Assembly: GCF_009914755.1 (NCBI RefSeq)
Contig: NC_060927.1
DNA: 64,000 nucleotides
Strand: one strand, 5' to 3'
From: the human T2T-CHM13v2.0 reference genome, Homo sapiens
The notes beneath the pieces are model-generated. The model saw nothing but the letters and a program-made list of their open reading frames with translations. It searched no databases and was not told where the DNA came from. How positions within the stretch are numbered: the stretch's first letter is position 1; the number at the start of each line of letters is the position of its first letter. A program made the position numbers and the translations under genes. Positions 55,573-64,000 of this stretch are shown here, in pieces.

Positions 55573-57383
55573 TAGTAGAGGTGGGTTTCGCCATGTTGGT
55601 TAGGCTGCTCTCGAACTCCTGACCTCAAGTGATCCACTCACCTTGGCCTCCCAAAGTGCCAGGATTACAGGCGTGAGCCACTGCACCCAGCCAGTATTTT
55701 GTTATGGTATGTAACACTATACTATGAATCCAATAAGGGATTCTTCAGCACCTACTATGTGCCATCTCATACATGCATGACTGTAAGGAGCATAAAGAGC
55801 AAAATCCATTGGTGCTAAACACGCCAGAAACTTTAATCCACAAGTGCCACGGGATGTCTTAGGGAAAAGGCCAAAACCAGCTGAGTGGAAAAAAGAAATC
55901 ATCCCTGCATTGGTTACTGTTGAAAAAGGTTATGTACAAAGATGGCTAGAAAATAAGGGAGATCAACATTCAAGGCCAGGGAAATTATATGTGCAAAGAA
56001 GATACAACGTGTGAATATTTCCCACTAATTTGCCTGTAATGTATTTGGAATAAAAAGATACATTTGGCAAGTAGCAAGAAGTGAGGTAGAACCAAGTAGA
56101 GAGTAGATGATGGGGGCCTTGAATCTGGAAAACATTTGATCTTGATTTTATATGGTCAGTTATGGAAAGCTATTCTTGGTCATGTGATTTAAAGTGGTGT
56201 TGGAGGAAGATTGTGAATCAACAAATTCACAGTGTACCTACCATGTCTAAGGCACTGTCTGTAGACCTTTGCCATTCTTCACCTTTGTGGGATATGAGTA
56301 GTGTATTAGTATCTCTCTTCCCTTCTTCCCACCTCCTAGGGCTTAACACATAGCAGATGCTCAATAACAGCTATTTTGGGATGAGTGAGAATTTGTTTTT
56401 CACCTACCTCTTTGATTTCATCCTGGACCCACCCTCCCACCTTGACGTGTAGGTTCACCTCTCCATGGTTTGGTTCATTGTGCAAGGTCTGTAATGCACC
56501 TTCCCAGTGGAGCTTCTTTTCAAGACTGAATTCAAGTGGTTCTTGCTCTATGAATCATTTCCATATTGCCTTCCACCAGACCCCATAAGCATTCCTGTCT
56601 AACCCCCAGTGACATGTTCACGTGCTTGTCTCTGCCTTTGAGTGCGACCTTCCTGGAGAGTGGGGACTTTGTGTTATTTCCAGCAGCTGGTCTAGCATCT
56701 GGTATATATACCAGGAGCTCAGTGAATGCTTTGGAAATGTATGAATTCCATGGAGTTACAGGCCCTGCACATGGTGAGGATAAAACATATGGGAAATACT
56801 GAGAAAGGAATCATGGGGGATTACCACATAGAATGAGGTGATTTCATTGATTGTTGGGGACAGTCGTGAAGGAGAGAGCCCAGACTGGCAGTGTTTGAAT
56901 CCTATCTCCGTCACTCAGTGTGTAACTTCTCTGAGCCCCAGTTTCTCCATCTGTAAAATGGAGACAGTAACAACCTATCTCAAAAGGTTATTTTGTGGAT
57001 TAAATAAATTAATACATAAAGTGTGTCTGGCCAATTAGTAATCACATACACATTTGCTTTAAAAAAGGAGGAAAGGCCGGGGCGCGGTGGCTAACGCCTG
57101 TAATCCCACCACTTTGGGAGGCCGAGGCAGGTGGATCACCTGAGGTCAGGAGTTTGACAGGAGGTGGAGGTTGCAGTGAGCCAGGATTGCACCACTGCAC
57201 TCCAGCCTGGGCAACAGAGTGAGACTCCGTCTCAAAAAAATAAAATAAAATAAAAAAATTAAAAAGGAGGAAATAGAGAAGAATGGAAGGAAGAAAGAAG
57301 AAAGAAAAATAGTCAGTCATGGCCGGGTGCTGTGGCTCCCACCTGTAATTCCAGCACTTTGGGAGGCTGAGGTGGACAGATCA

Positions 57384-57833
<450 letters not shown>

Positions 57834-59659
57834 TCAGTTTCCAGGTGGTCAGTTCCAGTGAGGCGAGTCTCTGGCTTGTCCATGTGTAAGACTCATTTCC
57901 TTTTCTTTCTCAGCCTCCTGAGTAGCTGGGATTACAGGTGCCCACCACCACGCCTGGCTAATTTTTTGTATTTTTAGTAGAGACGGGGTTTCACTATGTT
58001 GGCCAGGCTGGTCCTGAACTCCTGACCTCGTGATCCGCCCACCTTGGCCTCCCAAAGTGCTGTGATTACAGGCGGGAGCCACTGCACCTGGCCAACTGAT
58101 TTCCTTTTCTAAGACCACCTTCCTCTTGTGATCATTTGTCTGGGCTCTCTCTCAACCTTCATCTTCTGCTTCAGACTTCATCCTTTCCTCTGAATGCCTG
58201 CATTACGTAGAGTCTGTGTCATGCCGCACAGCGGTTCTAGTCTGTCCTCATAGTTGGCTCTCTTGTGCTAATTCTGCCCCCCTCCCCACCTGCATTGTAA
58301 GTGGAGCTGTTTATGCCTTGCCTTAGCTTGGGTCAACTGAAAATGGGGAGGCTTAGACAAGGCAGTTTATTTTGGAAAGTTATCCCAGGGAACAGAAGTG
58401 GAATTATGAGCAAGAGAATAGTGACAAAGAGAAAGAAGGAAAGCCAGTCCAAGAGTGAGTTATGGAGCTGGCTTCCACAGTGGGCAGCTAGAGCTAAACC
58501 TCACTGGGGACTCCTTGGGTAACTGCAGAATGTGCCTCAGAATTGTCCACTTGAGATGGAGCTGGGGAGAGTACTGTATTTATCCACTGGCTCCCATCCC
58601 CCATTGGTCAAGGTTTGTTCTAGGGGTGGAAAAGCCCTCGCTCTTCCAAGTCTGTATTTATAGGCACTAAGCCTGCAAATGGGAAGTATTTTGACAAGCT
58701 GAGCAGGACCAGCAGCAGCTGAGAAGCAAGAGGTCCTCAGTGCAGCTGAGGCTAAGACTGTTGGGCCACACCTGCTGTGACAATCAGCTGCATACAGTGG
58801 CTGAACCAAAAAGGTGGCCGGAGGGGATATGATACTCAGCATAAATGGTTGCCCCTTACTCCCACCTCTTCTTCCCTTCTCGCATTGGGACTGTTTTTTA
58901 AGAAGGAGCTTTTTTCCCATTTTTGAAAGCTCTGAGATGGCTCGGTGATATTGAGATGTCACTGTTGGTTCTTTGTCTTCCTGGGAGTCTTTGGAAACTC
59001 TGATGGACAGGGGCCATCAGGTGGGAGTGGCTGGTTTAGATATCCACCAGGAAAGACTTTGAGATCTCCATCTACTTGTGGGAACACTTCATGTTAGGGG
59101 CTCAGTGAATCCTCTGTCTTTCTGTCCTTTCTTCCACAAGTATTTAGTGGTGTGCCTGGTATTCTCTCAGGCATTGCCAGTAATAATAATGACATCTCAC
59201 ATGCATATAGAGCAGTTTTCAAAGTGTGCTCCCTGAACCAGCAGCACTAGCATGTCTTGGGAACTGCTAATTCTGTTTCAGAAGATCTGGGGGTGGGGGT
59301 GTAGCAGTCTGTGTGTTAATAAGCTCTTTGCATGATTCTGAGACATGCCAAAGTTTGAGACCGAGTGATAGGGCACTTACTAGGTGCCATGCATCATTCC
59401 AAGCCTTCTAATTATTGCATATATTATTATACCTACATGAACTCATTTAATCATCACAACAACCCTATGTTATATACTATTACCATTTTGCAGATCAGGA
59501 AACTCAAGTACAAAGATCACCCAGAGAGTAAGTAGGAGAGCTGGGATGTGAATCTGAATTGTCTGACTCTAGAATCTGTTTTTAAAAAACCATTTTGGCT
59601 GGGCGCGGTGGCTCACACCTGTAATCCCAGCACTTTGGGAGGCTGAGGTGGGTGGATCA

Positions 59660-60012
<353 letters not shown>

Positions 60013-63000
60013 TGTTGTGTAACTATCACTATGCATTGTTGTGTGAATATCACTACTGTCGATCTCCAGTTTTTCATCCTTCCAAACTGAAACTCTGTAT
60101 CCATTTGACAATAAACCCCCACTTCTCCCTTCTCCTAGCCCCTTGTAATGTCCATTCAACTTTCTGTCTCTATGAATTTGCTTATTCTAGGCACTTTATA
60201 TAAGTGGAATCACACAGTATTTGTCCTTTCGTGTCTGGCTTATTTCATTTAGCATAATGTTATCAAGGTTCAGTGTTGTAGCATGCATCAGAATTTCCTT
60301 CCTTCTTAAGGCTGAATAATATTCCATCATATATATGTACATGTATTACATTTTATTTGTCCATTCACCTGTTAATGGACATCGGGTTGTTTCTACCTTT
60401 TGACTGTTGTGAATAAAGCTGCTTCAGTTGTTGGTGTACAAGTATTTGTTTGAGTCCCTGTAGATTCTCTGCATTTTACCATTGTACTATGCACGTTGCC
60501 TTGCAGGCAATGAGACTTCCCATCATAATGTTTACTTGTAGGGAGAAAAAAAAGTTAATTTAGGATCTCTGTGGAAAACTCTTCCTCCTGATGGATAAAC
60601 TGATACAAGGTAGTAAAGCAAAATTTCAGAGCAGACAGACTTTTTTCCACTTTGAAGATATAAACTTAAAGTAAATCTTATTAGTTTCACATGTCAAAAG
60701 CTTCCTTCCAAAAGCAACTAGCTGAAAAGTTGTTCTCGAGCAGTGATTCTCAAGCTTTTTGACCTCTTTATACTCTTTAACTATTTTTGAGAACCGCAAA
60801 AAGCTTTTGTGTGATTTCTGTTGCTATTTACCATATTAGAAGTTAAAACTGAGAAAAATTTAAAACAATTTGAACAATTACATTCTATTGGCTTTTGAAA
60901 TGATGTCATTGCATGTCACGTAGCCTTGGGAAAATGCCACTGTGTGCTATGAGAGAATGAGAGAGAGAAAGGCAAGTAACTTCATGTTATGAAAATAGTT
61001 TTGACCTCCCAAATTACTTAAAGACTCTGGGGTGTCAGAGGGTTACCAGGCCTTACTTTGGAAACCAAAGTTCTAGAGTTTAGGCAAGAAGATATAACCA
61101 CTTATTCCAGTCACTTACCTCACCTGAAATGTAGCCTATGGGTTCACATTAAATTATTATCTTAATTTTAGCTCAACCATAGATGTCATATGTTGCATGC
61201 ACATTCTTTTTGAAGCAAATTAAAATTTAGAGAGTTTGATTGACACTTTTTGAAAAAATTAGAGCTACTTGAGCTGGGAATTTACTATTTCATAGATAGG
61301 ATTTTTTTTTTTTTATTCTCTGAACTGTGAGTTTCATTGTAGGGTGACCTGGCTGGGCTGTTTCTTTGGGGAAGCTTAAATGTTAGTGTGATTTTTTTTT
61401 CTTCCTTTGGCTACCAGGTAGGAGACTATTCTAATCTCTTGCCTGGAAAATACAGGCCTGTCTACCAGTATTTAGGGAACTGAGTGGGAGTGGAGGGTGA
61501 AGGTGGTCTCAGCATCTGGGTATTCGATACCAGCTGGATATTGCCTGTAGGTTCTCAGCTGTGTCCCTGCTTTGCTAAGCTTCTCCCATCATTGCAGGGG
61601 CTGGCTCCTGGACATTGCATTTCCCAGAGTCCCTTGGTGGCAAGATTCTGATACTGATTTTTCCAGTAAGAGATTTAGAAGGCAAAAGAGAAGGAGAAGC
61701 CACTTTGCTATTGCAACTGTGGCACCTGGTCGATGTGAGGTTTTCCTAGCAGCATCTGAGTGTCCTTCTGGGACACAGTTACCTCAGTGGTGGGGATTCT
61801 GACGTCATCTGTGCAGTTTCTTGTGACGCTTGTACATCCTGAGTTCCTGAACATAGGCAGTGATTTCTCTGACTGTGGCTCTCATGCCCTTTCCATGATT
61901 TTTTAAGCTTTTAATTTCCTGTATCAAATCTCTTCCTGCCTGTAATACCTGAATAGCATCTATTTTCTGACCAAATCTGGACTGATACACATACATTCTC
62001 TTAGTCCCCATGTTCGTGATGGTGCCTCTATTCTTAACTAAGCTCATTCTTCCCCAGCGCTGAAACCTTTGTTTTTGTCTGCTTTAGAGAATCACTCTCT
62101 AGTTCTTTGCCAGGAGAGGGAGGGGCCTCTTGGAGTGGAGGTGAGGTTTGGGGCTCTGACGGCTACATAGAAAACCTTTCTCTTTATTTTAGCTCCTACT
62201 TCACCCCATCTTCCAGAGTTATCTTGAATTGCCAGTTCTGGAGTCTTTTGGGCATTCTGGGGTGAAGATCAGGTTGGATCTTGGCTTTCCCTGCTGCTGG
62301 CCTAGGATTCAGCTCTGTTGCCATCTTAGTCTTTTAGCATTCATTTACCTGCCGTCCAGCTTTCCAGACTTTAGTGCTATAGCTTATGTCTTGAAAAAAT
62401 CCCTTTGCTGTCCTTTGATTGGGGTTTCAGAAAGGAGTGAAATGGATGTCTTTGTGTCATTTGCCATGTGTACCCTAAAATCCTGCTTTTCTAAAATCAT
62501 AATCAAGAAGTCACTTGCTGTCCCTTTTGGACAGTAGTTCATTACCTTTAAAGTTGTACCATTTTTAGAGCTTTGGAATGTGAGAGATGATGCTGATCCT
62601 GTCAGAAAGACTTTTTGGAAAAGTTCATGTTCTCTGCTCATTTTGGATCTGGACATCTGTGCAACTCTGAATTCTCTTTTTCCTCCCCTGCATTCCTCTC
62701 CCTATGGACTGGAGCTCAGTTAAAGGAGCGGCCATCCATTTTAGTGCCCCAGATTGAGAGGTGTATGGTATCATCCATTCTACCTCCCTCTCTCTCTTTT
62801 TATTTTTTAAGTTGTGATAAAATACATATAACATAAACTTTACCATCTTAACCATTTTAAAATGTACAGTTCAGTGGCATTGGAGTACATTCACACTGTT
62901 TTGCAGTTATCACCACTGTCTGTCTTCAGAATTCTTTTCATCTTGCAAAACAGAAACTCTGTACCCTTTAAACAATGACTCCCTGTTCTCCCCTTTTCTC

Positions 63001-64000
63001 AGCCTCTGACAACCACCATTCAACTTTTTGTCTCTAAGATTTGGCCACTCTAGGTACTTTATACAAGTGGAATCATGCAATATTTGTCCTTTTTGACTGA
63101 TTCATTTCACTTGGCATAATGTCCTCAAGGTTAATCCATGTTGTTGTGTCAATTTTCTTCCTTTGTAAGGCAGGATAATATCCCATTGTGTGTATATACC
63201 GCATCTTGTTTATCCAGTCATCTGTCAGGGACACTGGGTTGCTTCCACCTTTTGGCTCCTGTGAATAGTGCTGCCATGAACATGGCTATCTCACTGTCTC
63301 TTTTAGCATCATATCCCATCAGTCACCAAATTCTGGTATATCCTCCTCTCTCCCTTGCACTGCTAAGGCTCGGGCCCTCATCCTTTCTCACCTGGACTGT
63401 GGCAGAAGCTTCCTAACAACCACCTTACTTTCCCTTCCAGTCTGTCACACTACACTCTTGGATATTTTTAAAATAGGGGTCTGATCATCTCATTTGCCCG
63501 CCTTGAAATCCTCAATGGTGCCATTCAGACTTTTCTAACATGGCACATCACCTCAGTTTACCTTGTTGATCCAGCTTTCCTGCCCCTCTGCTTACTTTCT
63601 GTCTGTCCCAAAAGACTTTCCATTCTCTAGGTGCTCCATGCTCTTGCCCCTCCATGTGCTTGCTCATGCTCTTGCGTTGGCCTGGAATGCATTCTCTCAC
63701 CCTCATCCTCCTGGAAAAGCCCTGTTCGTCCTTTAAAGCCAGCTCAGATGTTCTTTGTGAGGACTCCTCCCATCCTCAGAAGCTGAGTTAGATATCTGTT
63801 TTCCTTTGCCTTCACTTTGTACATCTCTGTCATGGGTGGGATACAGATTGTGGGGATGTGGAATAGCTGAGGTCTTGGAGAATTAAAAGGAAAAGAGTAG
63901 AGAACTGAAAACTACACAATTTGTGAACCTGTGCCATTAAGCCTGCATCTTTTCTGATTTTCTGGGTGTGTTTTTTTTTTTTTGGAGTCTTGGTCTGTCG

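Overview
Human/primate genomic DNA, Alu-dense, matching the MRPL47 - NDUFB5 - USP13 locus (recognised from the encoded peptides; human chr3q26 from memory). It contains MRPL47 coding exons 1-3 (minus strand, gene runs off the left edge). The complete 6-exon NDUFB5 gene (plus strand, 189 codons + stop) sits head-to-head with it across 191 bp of bidirectional CpG promoter. A repeat-rich intergenic region carries an H3.3 (H3-3A-type) processed pseudogene split by three Alus. The USP13 CpG promoter, exon 1 and the start of intron 1 follow. Also present: a retroposed U13/SNORD13 copy antisense in NDUFB5 intron 1, a 5'-truncated L1PA with TSD, several solo LTRs in nested arrangements, and a decayed ERVL pol remnant. 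Nearly all ORFs in the supplied track are Alu/L1/LTR artefacts. I found no convincing novel multi-gene system. The best second-look items are a locally templated ~178-bp insertion, the antisense U13 copy beside a weak acceptor, an inverted-Alu-flanked in-frame exon 2-3 cassette, an E-box + MEF2 module in the USP13 promoter, and several template-switch or microsatellite-birth footprints. Repeat subfamily names are from memory of consensus sequences and need RepeatMasker/Dfam confirmation.
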